The translations under genes were made by a program, and so were the position numbers. The notes under the pieces were generated by a model, which saw nothing but the letters and a program-made list of their open reading frames with translations, did no database searches and was not told the origin of the DNA. Source: Massalongia carnosa (taxonomy: Eukaryota). From it: a stretch of 64,000 nt of DNA. Location: NCBI GenBank assembly GCA_965645245.1, contig OZ287070.1, positions 496,001-560,000 of the forward strand, given 5' to 3'. Shown here piece by piece: positions 48,201-60,256 of this stretch (position 1 is its first letter; each line of letters starts with the position of its first letter).

Positions 48201-49264
48201 AAGAGTTTTTATCTATCTATTTATTTATTTAATTTTTTTTTAAAAAAAAACTGTAGATCAAAGACGAAGAAAAAAATAAACCAAAGTAACATCATAAAAA
48301 GGGACTGACCGAATGACTGACCGACAACAAACAGATCCCAACCGATCCTGATCCTGATAGTCTACTCGCATCCCATCCCGTCCCATGAACGAAAGATGTC
48401 GATTGATTAAGGATGAAGAAGATGGAAGAGCAAACACACATATAATAGCCGCAATGGTCACTTAATATCAACAAGACTAGTTCGAGTCCATCCGTGCGGA
48501 AACGAAAAGCGGAAAGGATCGCTCCGATTCGATAAATAATGAGTTGGCGGGAAGAGATATAGGAAAGGGATGGAAGGGATGGATTGGTGATTGATTTGAT
48601 AGATAGATAGTAATGATGGAGTTTTGGTGGCACCCCCCCCAAAAAAGGTTAACAGGAAAGAGAATGATAACACGAAAAAGCTTTCCGAGTAACAAGAAAA
48701 ACACGACAAAAAAGACAGAACAGTAGTAAGTGAGGCAAGTTGTGTGATATTCTTCATTTTTATTTCGGTTTGTTTTGCCTTGTTTCATTCCATATGATAC
48801 ATTCACACCTTTTTTTACACTCTTCGCGTCCATCGTGCTAGAACTAACCAGACCTGCCCATTTACCGCTTGCTCGCTCGCTCTTGATTAGCCATAATCAC
48901 ACGCTTGCATATGAGAAAATAATAAATGACCGGCCTTCTGCGTCCCGGAAAAGAAAAGACCCTTACTCCTTGTTGCGCCATGCTTCCGCTGCACTGAAAC
49001 GTGGGTTGAGTGGGGGTCTGCGTTTCCCCCACTACGTCGCTGCTTGTTTGCTTCGAGGGGAATAATGTATGTAAGGATGCAAAACTGGCAGGTATGGAAG
49101 CAAGTATGCTGACAAGGACGCGGACGCTGATGCTGCTTGGAAGTGGCGCTGCGAAATGTCATATCCCATCAAACGCCGCCGCCATACCGATCCCAACTCC
49201 TCCGCGTTTCCGATTTCGCATAAAGCCTCCGAGGTATAATTCGCTGCACTGTATTTCATGCCCC

Positions 49265-49949
49265 TCATTTCTTTCCCTTGCCCGTTAGGTCCGTTCGTGA
49301 CATGCTGCGCGTCAGGCCGCCAATGTAGTCCTGCAGCGCGATGTTTTGCCGTTCCAGCTTGTCATGGTCCGACTTTACGGTTTCAATCTTTTCGGCCAGA
49401 GCGTTCAGGCCAGATTGGAGGGTTCTAGCGTGTCTGGATCAAGCCAACGGTTGGTTAGCGCCATGATACAGGACATTCAGCCGGCGAGATATGACTTGAT
49501 AGAAGAAACCAGTATTCCATGCCACATGCATCAAAGAAAATTCTCTTGTAACACCAAATCAACCAGAAGGACAACCAAACCAACCTTTGTAGCGCCACCC
49601 TGGTCTCCCTCCCCAACTTCTCCATCTCAACGCTCGTCCGTCGCGGACTCATAGCTCTCGCATCGCCCGGGGGAAAACTCTCCGGACGGACCTCGACGTC
49701 CGGCTGATCCTGTGGAATGATGTTTGTACCGCTGGACTTACGGGTGGAGGAGAACAAGGGACGAGCACGAGCGGTGGTGGCGATGTCGAGGTCTACGTCG
49801 TCCATGTCGGAGGAGGTGTTACTTGAGGGGGCGGTGGACGAGATGCTGGTGGTTTTTGGGATTTTGGGGATTTTAGGGATAGCTGGGGGGTGAGCGATTG
49901 CAGGGACGGGTGTGAGGTCCGGAGAGGGGGTGGCCAGGGAGGTTGCCAT
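49265..49949 (-). CDS. Short coiled-coil protein, SCOC/Slo1 (DUF2205)-like
   Basis: Intron 49584-49434; DARAMSPRRTSVEMEKLG..HARTLQSGLNALAEKIETVKSDHDKLERQNIALQDYIGGL. Confidence 0.8.
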
Positions 49950-50698
49950 GGTGAGAAGGACGTTGGTGATTGGGGAAGAGCTGTAGAGGTTGATGAATGG
50001 AGTCAATCCGTTGGCGAAGTTGTAGATGTCGGTTGGCAGGTTGGGTAGCTGTGCAAGAAGGAATGTAACGAAAAGTGGGAGGGGGTTGAAGAGGAGGATT
50101 GGATTTGGAGGGGGATTGGATGCACAGTTGGCAGCGTGACTTGATTTGTGTTGTGGCGTTGTTTTTTGTGTCCACTACTCGTACCCGGTAACGCGAGAAG
50201 TGAAGTATTTACAGTGTCTTTTTTCGAGGTGACAATGTGTGGGTAAGGATCGTGAGATATGATACCGAGTACTCTGTACATACCTCTTCGATTGCATCGT
50301 CAATACGAAGGCCAAGAAAACCGGATCCTAGTGCTCTGTAATGTACAATGTATTCTTTCAGCTTTCCCCAGAAACGCCCGGCTCTTCCTGCCCACTGGCT
50401 CGCCCACTGTCTCTCTTTCTCTCTTTCTCTCTCTTTCAGTATTCCGCAACCGACGTCCCCTCCAATACATGATCAATACATGATACAGTGAACATCTCAC
50501 AGCACGCTAACCCCCTTCCAGAAAGTTCTCTTGCCTCTTTCGGTCCTCCCGATCCACAGCTAACCACGCTAGAGTAGCCTTTGGCGCAGGGGGAATCGCT
50601 TTCTCGGGTTGTGCATCGTTTCCCACTGCCGCGGTTCCACACTCACTCATACACCCCCGTCCATTGGTCGCGGAGAAAGGGAGAACACATCCAAAGGT

Positions 50699-50752
50699 GT
50701 ACAGAGTACAGAGTACAGAGTACAGAGTACAGAGTACAGAGTACAGAGTACA
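50699..50752. repeat. (GTACAGA)7.7 microsatellite
   Basis: Perfect heptamer run. Confidence 0.95.
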
Positions 50753-51052
50753 AAGTGCCCTATCCATTAGAGAGAGAAGCCCTATGTTTCCCCCCCCCCC
50801 CTCCAAAGCAGTTCGAGGTTATGACTCTCGTTCGGAAATCAAAAAGCATAATCGTACGGTAAGATGGAACAGGATGAGCGAAGCGCCTCGTCATAAAGCT
50901 TGGGAGACGGCGGAGCGCACGCAGAGAGGAGACGAGAAAAGCTGCCTGCTTGTTTAACATATCCCAATCCTTATCGTGTCCCTTCCTCAATTCCCTCCCT
51001 AAAAGTAGAACCTCCCCAATCCCCGGCGCCCTCATCCGAAGTAGCCCGCTTC

Positions 51053-52772
51053 TCACCCCCTCCCAACCTGGTCTCCACCGATTCCTCGCCCCCTTCCCTT
51101 CCTCCCCTCCCATCTTTTCCCGTCGAAGACCCACCCCCCGGTCCACAACACCGCCGGCACCACGCTCACCGCGCTCAACAGCCCCAGTGACCAACACATC
51201 GTTCCCCATCCCGCCGTCTGCGCCACCAACCCCCCCCAAAGAGGCCCAAGCAACATCCCCCCCGCAAACGCGCAATTGTAAAATCCATACGCCTGCGCGT
51301 ACACTCCGCCCGCGCCGAACGCCCCCGGCTGCCGCTTCTCCTCGCTCGCGACCACATACGTGATTTCGGCCAAGATGGGCACCATGGCCGTCGTTAGCGC
51401 CAGGCCCAGTAGGGCGAGTAGCCCGCACAAGAGGACGATCTGACGCACGCCGCCGTGATCTACGAGGAGGAGAAGCACGACGGCGGGCGTGGAGAGGAGG
51501 AGACCGAGGGTGACGGGGACGCGCGGACCATGGCCGTCGACGAGTTTCCCTACCACGGGAGCGAGGAAGGAGGGAAGGGCGATGGCAAGGAAGATGAGGC
51601 CTGCGCCGAGGGAGGTCCAATTGAAGAGGTGAGCAACGCGGAGGGGGAGGGTGGCGTCCCAGGCTGTCATCAGAACGGATTGGATGAGGGAGAGGTAGAG
51701 GGCGGACCAGAGGCGGGTGGAGGCGAGAAGGCTTAGGATGGGAGGGAGGTGACGTTTTGGGTACGAGGGGAGAATTTTGGGCTGTGGTGATGGGCGTTGG
51801 ATCACGGACACAGGGATTGCGGCTGGGTGGATGCTGGCAATTTCAGGATCGGAGATGGCGGCGGCGTGGCTGGAGACAGGGATATTTCGAGGTAGTTCCC
51901 GAGTCGCTGGTTCCTCCGCCACAGCCCACTGCTTCGCTACTTTCTTCTCCACCAGTAAAGTTCGGAGGATAATGTCGAGGATGATCATGCCAAACGACAT
52001 ATAATACACACAATAATACCCACCCGTGTTATACACCACCCCTCCCAGTAACGGTGCAATCAGAAACGCAAGGGTCATGCTTAACGATACGTAACCCATT
52101 GCCTGCGCGATTTCGGCCGGGCCCACGGTATCGACCAGCAGAGCCAGACCCACGGTCCCAACCACGGCCGCGGAAATGCCCTGTAGGAGACGGCCGACGG
52201 CCAGCACGGCGATGCTGGTGCCAAGACAGAGGATGAGAGTCGCGCTGCAGAGAGCAAGAAGGCCAAGGAGCAGAGGCAGGCGGCGAGATTTGGTTTTATC
52301 AGCGAACCACCCACATATCGCTGAGATGATCAGTTAGTCAGGAGAGAGGGCAGCCATTTGAGCGACTTGGGTTTAAGACACACGAGAAGCACAAACGATT
52401 GCTGCCCCGTAAACCGCAAGAAGTACGGACACCCAGTCCGGCTGCGCAAAGGAAAAAGCCATTACAACAGCAGTACCATCTTCTTCCGCCACACCCACGC
52501 GTGTCGTTAGAGCGAAAGGGATGATTGGTACAATCTGATCCTCAGCATAGGCTTGAGAGGTTTCATGATTGCCTCGAACTCACAACGCCATATAGAAAGA
52601 TATCCTGCAGGAGCGTCAGCCGAAGCACTTGCGGTTTAGGAAAAGCCAGTCATGCTGTGAAAACCGCAATGCATAAAGTGCTCATTATGAACACCTTCGA
52701 AGACCTGTACTTCAGCAACGGTGGTGGCTTGGAAACATCTCTATTGGCCCATGCTAATATATCCCTCGCCAT
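51053..52772 (-). CDS. MFS transporter, vesicular amine transporter (SLC18)-like
   Basis: YRSSKVFI..AVFT / DIFLYGV / IVPIIPFAL..WVSVLLAVYGAA..PICGWFADKTKSRRLP, GRLLQGISAAVV and YAQAYGFYNCAFAGGMLLGP; intron 1 needs a GC donor. Confidence 0.85.
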
Positions 52773-53441
52773 ATGTACAACAGGGCTGTATATCCGAATA
52801 TGTGCAAGATAGTAGCAACTCAGACGTGGAAACGTTTATAGACATGAAAGAAAGTTCCGAGAAATGAAAACGGACGATGCGCACTCCATCGCTAAGATAG
52901 GGTTCACGTCCGATGATTCATGAAGCCATTCGACTCCTGATTGACTGGCTCGCTTTCGTACTCGTAACTCGTAAGCTAGAAGTGGTATGACAATCGACTA
53001 ACTAGGAGAAGCGGCACGTGGACTACCAAAAGCTGGGGCGTCCACGGCGTGCACCAATCTCGATCTCAGCACCCCTCTGGACTTGGCAGTACATCCGAGG
53101 TCTGTGAGATCAAACAACAGTCAGCCAAACGTAGGAATCCCATCACAGGGTTTTCTATTGCCTAATCCTATGCCTATTTACCGCGTTCAATAATACATGC
53201 TGCCCGCTCGGTACAAATCCCCGACCCAAGGAAGGAAGAGGGGGGAAATGGGAGAGAAAGAGTGATTGAGTGGAAACACCGAAAACACCCCTTGGACCCC
53301 TTTCCCAATACCAAAAGCCCTCAAAGCGCTTTCTGTATCCACCCAAAACACGACATCCTATAAACACCAGCCCCTTTGCGCACAGTAGGTCAAAAGACAA
53401 GAGAAACCCCTACAGTTAGAGCAGCAGGATGACTGACAGTT

Positions 53442-55763
53442 TCACCGAAGAAAATCATTGTGGACGTTGATAAATGCCCCCGCACCCCCCTCGTCACTAA
53501 TGTCACTAACAAGCACCTCGGTTTGTTGGTAGAGACGTTCGATCGCGGCGGAGGAGGATTTGCCAAGCGAGACTGATGGGAGAGTTAGTAGAAATCCGGA
53601 GCTTGAAGGGAGAGTAGATCTCATGGTTTATAAGGCAGAGTCATACCGAGAATGGCAGAATTTAGTTCCTCCGCCACCGGAACTCGCCCGCTCGGATGGA
53701 GCAAATGTGACGTGGGCGGTTTCCGGGGATCCTCGTAAGCAAACATTGAGAATATGTCTTTGAACGAGTCTTCAACCAGTTTGCTTCGGTCGTTCTTGAA
53801 CTCATATCGAAGCTCTTGCCCATATCGAACTGTGTCGTCAAGAAGATCTTGGTACTTGAGGCCATTGTCGACTTCTTCCGTGTCCATCTTGTCCCAGTCA
53901 TCGGAACTGTGCATGTTCTCGTCTACGTCCATTTCGGGTTCGTATTCATCATCTGAGCCGGCGCTTGCGTGACCGTTTGACGGCTTAGCTCGCCTTCCCG
54001 TTGAGCTGTCTAGAAGCTCGGTGCTTCGATTAATCATTTCAACGAACTTCCGGCAGCGTAATCGAAAATAGGTTCGGCGGTTATCTTGCAAAACATGCGG
54101 ATAAAATGCATTTGTCCGCTTTAGTGCCATATCAATATCTCCATCTAATATCGCTGCACGTATTTCTACCCAAGAATTAGCACTTCAAGGCCTACTAAGC
54201 AGGGAGACAGATTACGTTGTCTATTCACAGCGTCAATGTCATCCTCGACGGAAAAGTTGTCCAAAAACGAAGCGGCCCCGCTCTTAAGCGTGCCATTTTC
54301 GGCCTGCACCTCTTCAGCAAAGGCCTTGGCCGATTTGACATATCCATCATGAGCGAGGAACTGTGCTACCAATTCCTTCACCAAAGCATTTTCATCTAGG
54401 GGAGGATGAAGCTGCGAGACGTCGATGGAATTTATGTCGTCGCTGATGCTCAATTTCTCACGCTTTTGTACATCAGTATTGGGCAGATAGGGGGGACACG
54501 ACGAGTGCACATACCGACATCATGCCATCAATGTCAAACACGAATGGTTTTTGGCCAAAGTTGACGCTTAAATGTGCTAGGGGTCGTTTCATACCAACAG
54601 AGGGATAGAGGTCTACGTCTTTGAGATCGCGGAAAGCGTTTCCTACCAACAGCGATTAGATAGCACGTAATAGACGATAAAGAAGAATACCTTGAAAAAC
54701 GCCATTCTTGGTGAAAAAGGCGCAGCCGGTCATGAAATTGACACCACAACCTATAACATCCCCGGTGGTGAAAGTAGGGCCGTAGGGCTTCCCAGTACTT
54801 TGGCAGCAAAAGGATTTCCCATCATCTCCGTGATAGGCCCAGCTTTCTGGCTCCCAACCAGGGAACTTCTCTAATGAAGCTTTTGATCCAGAGAATCCCA
54901 CTCCAATCATGCTATCTGAGGTTAACGACGCCACATATCTGAAGCCCAGTTTCTTACCCTTCTTTGCCTTTGGAGTTTATGGTGACTTCGTAATAGTAAA
55001 TTCCACATTGAGGAGGCATAGGATGATCTGCTCGAGCGGCTGCAGCTTCGTGATCATGCAGTTTGGATAATCCCACGTACTTCACATCAAGACCATCCGC
55101 CCCTATTTCAAGCCCCCCGAGTTTATCCGGCTCCGCCCACCTTGAGGGTAATGGCGTTAGACCTTCATCGTCCATTGGTGGTTGATGTTCGACAATCTCA
55201 TAGGGCATCCCACGGTTTGAAGGTGCCATTTTGTGTAGACTGACAACGCTGGAGCTGGTAGAGAGTGACACGGAATTGGAAGAATGAGCTTCGCGTTGGG
55301 CGGCAAGTTTAGCTTTATGGGCAGCTTCGAGCTTTTCCATGTACTTTGATTCGCGTAAATAGGTTGGTTTAAAAAATCCATTGTTTCCATTTCTTCCAGC
55401 GCCAAGCCAACTGCAGCCGTGGAAGTATTGACTCGAGTAGTCTGAATGATTTCCGCCGCCTCTGCCCCACGACTCAGGTATACCGATGCCATTATCGTCC
55501 CGCGCACCAGAGCCCACAGCTGGCTGAGACATCCTTGGAATTTGATCCGCCATTGGCTGCGGTGTATAGCTGGGAGACGACGGGTTTGGATTCATCAAGT
55601 GTGAGAAAGCTCCTGAGCGGGCTGAAGGTTGTTGATTTTGCTGAGCTGCGGCTGCCCCGGCAGCCACTGAAGCATACGACGATCGACGTGGCATCATGCC
55701 AGCGCTTGGACTCGAGTAGGATAATTGTGGAGCACCAGGGAAGGCCTGAGGACGATTGGTCAT
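53442..55763 (-). CDS. RanBPM/RanBP10-type SPRY-LisH-CTLH-CRA protein (GID/CTLH ligase scaffold)
   Basis: GIYYYEVTI, PGWEPESWAYHGDDG, YGPTFTTGDVIGCG, FFTKNG, NFGQKPFVFDI, LisH ELVAQFLAHDGY and RVPVAEELNSAIL; five introns. Confidence 0.92.
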
Positions 55764-56632
55764 GACGGGCGCGGGTCACGAGACCAGCGGAGAGCCGATT
55801 TGATCCTTAGCTTTCCAGTCGTATCAACAAAGCATAGAAACTGCAGAGATTGAGCAAATACGTATAATGAGTCCTAAAGTTGATGATCTCAAGATGATGG
55901 CTACCTGGTGGAAAAGGCGCCTTCATGCTATAAGACCGACATCCCGCCCACGATGTTATAGAAATAGCCCTGCAAGAGGTCAGATGAGAGATTGGAGACG
56001 AGTTTACTCATGACCGTGTGTTGTTTTAGCTCTGGGATAGAAGTCGGTGAATTGGTAAGCTATGGAGACAGGAAAATGAGTCGGTGCATGAAAGTTCTGA
56101 GTAACCAGGTTACATGTTGCCCCGCTCGAAGGAATACTGTAGGAGACTAGGTACTCGTACATGAGCACATGAACCACTACGACTCCCTACGAAAGAATAA
56201 TGAACAAACTCCCCAACATGTACATGCATCGTGACATTTACCCTGTTTTTGTATTATACAGCCAACTCAAGGCAACTCGCAGTCTCTGACGCTGCTCATC
56301 CCGACCCACGTGACCGGTGCCTGCACCAGGTTGGGTTGGACAGCGGTACACTTCTTACCAGGAACATACAGGGTAATCACCTATTAATTCGTCGACTAAA
56401 AGCATGAAGGGGTAGCAAAACCTTGAAAGCTACCTAATACATGCTCTGAAGTCCCACAGCAGCGCCGACCCTATCCATTTCTCTTTTTACCTGAAGCCTA
56501 AAAGGGTATGGTCAAGGATCCCGAAGGACCTGTCCAGACCATGGTAAAGATAAATAGTCTCCTCCTCCCAGAGTAGAACGCCAAGGCAAATCGATATTCT
56601 GAAGATTTTGTTACACAAAAGAAGCCAAATAT

Positions 56633-57550
56633 TCAAGCCGGAATGGCTAGGGCTGGACCTGGAGAGCTCGTCATGTTAGTAGAGTCGTTGGGCCCGTAGC
56701 GGCTCTTCTCGCTACCGAGGTTACTGCTGCTATTGTTCTCTTTGCTCTGGCTGTTCGAGGTAGGTAAACTAGGGTGGCTGGTGTCGACTTCGCCATCTAC
56801 CTTCTTTCTTTCAGGGGCTCGCCAGGATTGGATCTGCCAGCTCACTCCAGTGAAGGTTTTGATGCAGAACCCTTTCTTCGCCCATTTCCGACATGGTGTG
56901 TTGGTTCGGTCAAGTGCTCGAAGTCTAGCGTTAATTGCTCCTTGATTGGCCTTGGGACCGAGTTTGTGGGCAGGAGCCGGAGCAGCACCCGAGGTGCCTT
57001 TGGTGCCAGAACTACCGTCCGCTCCGCCGTTGTCCCTGTGTTTCTTGTAAACAACCGAACTTTAAAACGGGGTTCCGAATTGCTAATCGACATTAGAAAA
57101 GGTTACTTACAGCTTTATTCTTTTCTTTGGTCCTGGTCTACTCTTGGATTTGGTGGGATCTTCGACACCCTCCCCAAGCCCTCGTTTAACACCAGTCTTT
57201 AGGTCCGGAGAACCTTTTTGATTCACATCAACAGCAGAAGAAAGAGCCACCTCTGGTGCGCTGGGTGTAGGTGAGGGTTTTGTTTCTGACTTGACTTCTG
57301 CCGAGCTTGCCTCTTCATTGGAGACAGCAGGTACTGGTGGTGAGGCGGATTTTAGTTTTGGTGGAGCCGATTTAGGTACGGGTTTCTCATGGGGAAAGTT
57401 AACAAGTTGGGACGATGATAGCTTTAATTGTATGACCTTGCTTGGCTTGGATGCTTTGCTAGGTCGGGTTGATGATGGTGGGGTTGAGACTTTTGATAGT
57501 GTGCTTGAAACCCGTCGCGAGGATGCTGTAGCCTTCGTAGTGGCACCCAT
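56633..57550 (-). CDS. IES4: INO80 complex subunit Ies4-like
   Basis: Intron 57110-57036; HKLGPKANQGAINARLRALDRTNTPCRKWAKKGFCIKTFTGVSWQIQSW. Confidence 0.83.
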
Positions 57551-58475
57551 GGTCTATTGTGTTTAATTAGACGTTGTAATATATGGGAGGGTAGCGATAT
57601 ACCTTATTGCTCTCCTCGTCTGCAAGTTTTTCAGTCAATATTTAAATATAATGATTGAACGTTGATGAAACGGAATGTGGAGTTGCTAGAAGAGGTGCGA
57701 CCGTGGAGTTGTGTGGCCACCTGTTGTTCCAAGGGGTGAAATGGTAGAGCGTCGATCAATCTTTGTCCTCGTGTTCCTCGCGAATTATGATTGCACCACT
57801 CGTGATGGTAACATGTCTTGCAAGTAGGCTGGCGGTGAGGTTGGGTCGGTAGACGACGTGGTGATGGGGGTGGATGGTGTTGTGGAGTGTTGGTTGAAAG
57901 AATAGCATGATCACGATTCGTGTCTCGTACCTTGATTACCTTATTCATTTTTTGCCTGGAGCTTGGATTATGCGCCATTCAGCCCAACAATGAACGCGAC
58001 CTTAAATTCTGTGAGGATGAAGCAAGTTTGACTTTAACGGGAGTAGCGCCATTTGGCCGGAAATGTGAATAACGGAAGGAAAGAAAGGGGGAAGTGGTGA
58101 CGCGGGTTCGCTACGCCAACCGCAACTTGATTATCTAATTCCTTGGCATCCGATTGTGGGGCCAACGATCACATGCTTTTCAACTCTGGTAAGAAGGAAA
58201 CTTCATCAGGCTTATCCCACTTTGCAGTAATAATAGGCGTTTTATCAAAATCATCTTCAACTACTCACAGGAAGCGAGATTAAATGTTTGCTACTCTAAA
58301 TTGTTTTTTTGAGTCTATAAATTTACCTATCTCGTGTGGGACAAAGTTTTTTTCATAGCTGGAAATAATGGGTATCTTGGAACAAGTGTAGAGAAGCAGA
58401 TACACAGCCAACAGGAAATCCACGGAAGCCCGGCCCGGGAGAAGAAATGATCTCTGCAAGAATCTCCGTCTCCAA

Positions 58476-60256
58476 TCATTGCAGTGCGCCCTTTACAACC
58501 GCTGTGTAGTCTTTCCCGTCTTGAACATTTGCCAACGCCTCAGGCCCATCCCAAAGCATGATCCCCCCAAAGTTCGACACGCCTGCAGATTTCGCGTTTG
58601 CTACCGCCGAGGCCATTGAGTTCGCATCCAGATACCCTGACCCGGCGCAGGTTTCGCATCCAGGAGCCCCAATGTATAGTTTGGGCCCCGCGCCTTTTGC
58701 AGAGAGGTCGGAACTCCAAGCTTTGAAACTCTCGGTGAAACCTGTAGCACCAATGTTACAGTCGCCGTTGTTGTAAAACTGCACGAAGACAAAGTCCATG
58801 CTTTGCATGGCATCAAGGGGAATGGAGGCATCAGGGCGAGGACATTGTGGAGCAGCGGATATGTAGTAGGTTTTGGAGGAATCAGCGTTCATAGCTGTGC
58901 GGAGGGAGGAGACAAAGGTGCTGTAGCCGGACGTGCTGTGGTCTTCGTTATCTGGGAATTGTGAGCGAGGTCTTATTAAAATCATGTGGAGAGAATGAAC
59001 TTACCAACATCGAAGCCGTCAAGTCTGACGTCTCCAAAGGGGCGAAGGCCTGAGCCGACACCAGTGCCAGCGCCAAAGAGATCCCACAGTTGGTTGGCGA
59101 ATTCAGTCGCTTTCGAATCGGAAGAGAATGCTGAGGTGGCCAAAGAGCCACCAAGACTAAGCAGAACCTTCTTACCTAGACCTTGACATTGTTTGATCTG
59201 CGCCGCCATATCAGGGCAGTCCAAAAGTTTCGAGGCTCCGGCACTCGTCATCTTCGCTGATGGGCCACCGCACGCTGGGCCAAAATTCAGGCCCGGGAAG
59301 CCGCCTGGGCCGAAGAATTCGGTGAGGAAGGCTAATATGACAATGTCGGTATTCTCGTTCTGACACATTTCTCCTAGGCTAGTTTTGCTAGTGGCTTCTG
59401 TCTGGCCATAGTAAACAGCAACATTTCTCGAGGATTGGGCGTCGAATTGACCCGGACCAGATGGCGGGGAACCACGTGGAGTAGGAGCAGATTCACTAAG
59501 TGATGGAGCGACAGTGGCGCTGGCGGACTGGGTATCGCTGACAACCGGGGGAGTGACGGTGGCGATGGATGTAGCCACGGGAATTGAAGAGCTGGAAGAC
59601 TCAATTGGTTTCTGCGATGTAAGCGTGATGAAAGACGTTTGCGCCTCCGATAGGCTGGCGCTGCTAGAACTCGGACCGGGTTGAATGGTCGCTGATGGTT
59701 CTTGGAAGAACTGACCACCTGGGGTCGATGAAGTTGAAGTAGTCACGGCGGGGGAGCTCTTCACGACCGAGATGGTTGCCGAAGAGGGTGTTGTAGTGTT
59801 GAGGAATCTAGTAGACAGCACCAGGCTGCTACTTGCGTGCGTGATAGGAAGGGTAATGGGAATGCTCGAAGGAAGCGGTGGAGGCGGCGTATTCCCAGAT
59901 GACGAAGCAGAGTCCAGCCAAGCATTCATCCACCCTTCATAAGCCTGAATTTCTTGCCTCAGGAGGGCCACGGATGATTCCCTATCCGTGGCATTCTCTA
60001 AATCGAGCCAGGCCCCCATCCATTGTTGGAAAGCAGACGTTTCGGTCCGAAGCAAATGCAATTCGCTCGCTGGGACTTCAACGGAATCACCCTCGGCTCT
60101 CGAAATCTTGGGGGCTCCTAGGGTTTCATCCCCGAGAGTTATTCTCGATCGATGGATGTGGCGATGGGGTCGTCCATGACCTGCGATGGACGTCGATGCG
60201 AGACCAAGGAGCGAGAGCGTGCTGAGAGCAACGAGTGAGGGGAACTGAAACAACAT
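58476..60256 (-). CDS. Secreted GH18 chitinase (class III/Cts1-like) with a long N-terminal extension
   Basis: Signal peptide MLFQFPSLVALSTLSLLG; VAVYYGQ, CQGLGKKVLLSLGG, catalytic LDGFDVDNE across intron 59004-58952, SAAPQCPRPD, VQFYNN and GGIMLWD. Confidence 0.93.

Noticed and set aside
50760..51620. 286-aa Arg/Gly-rich ORF and neighbouring antisense ORFs
   Set aside because: Alternative-frame shadows of the GC-rich MFS exon.
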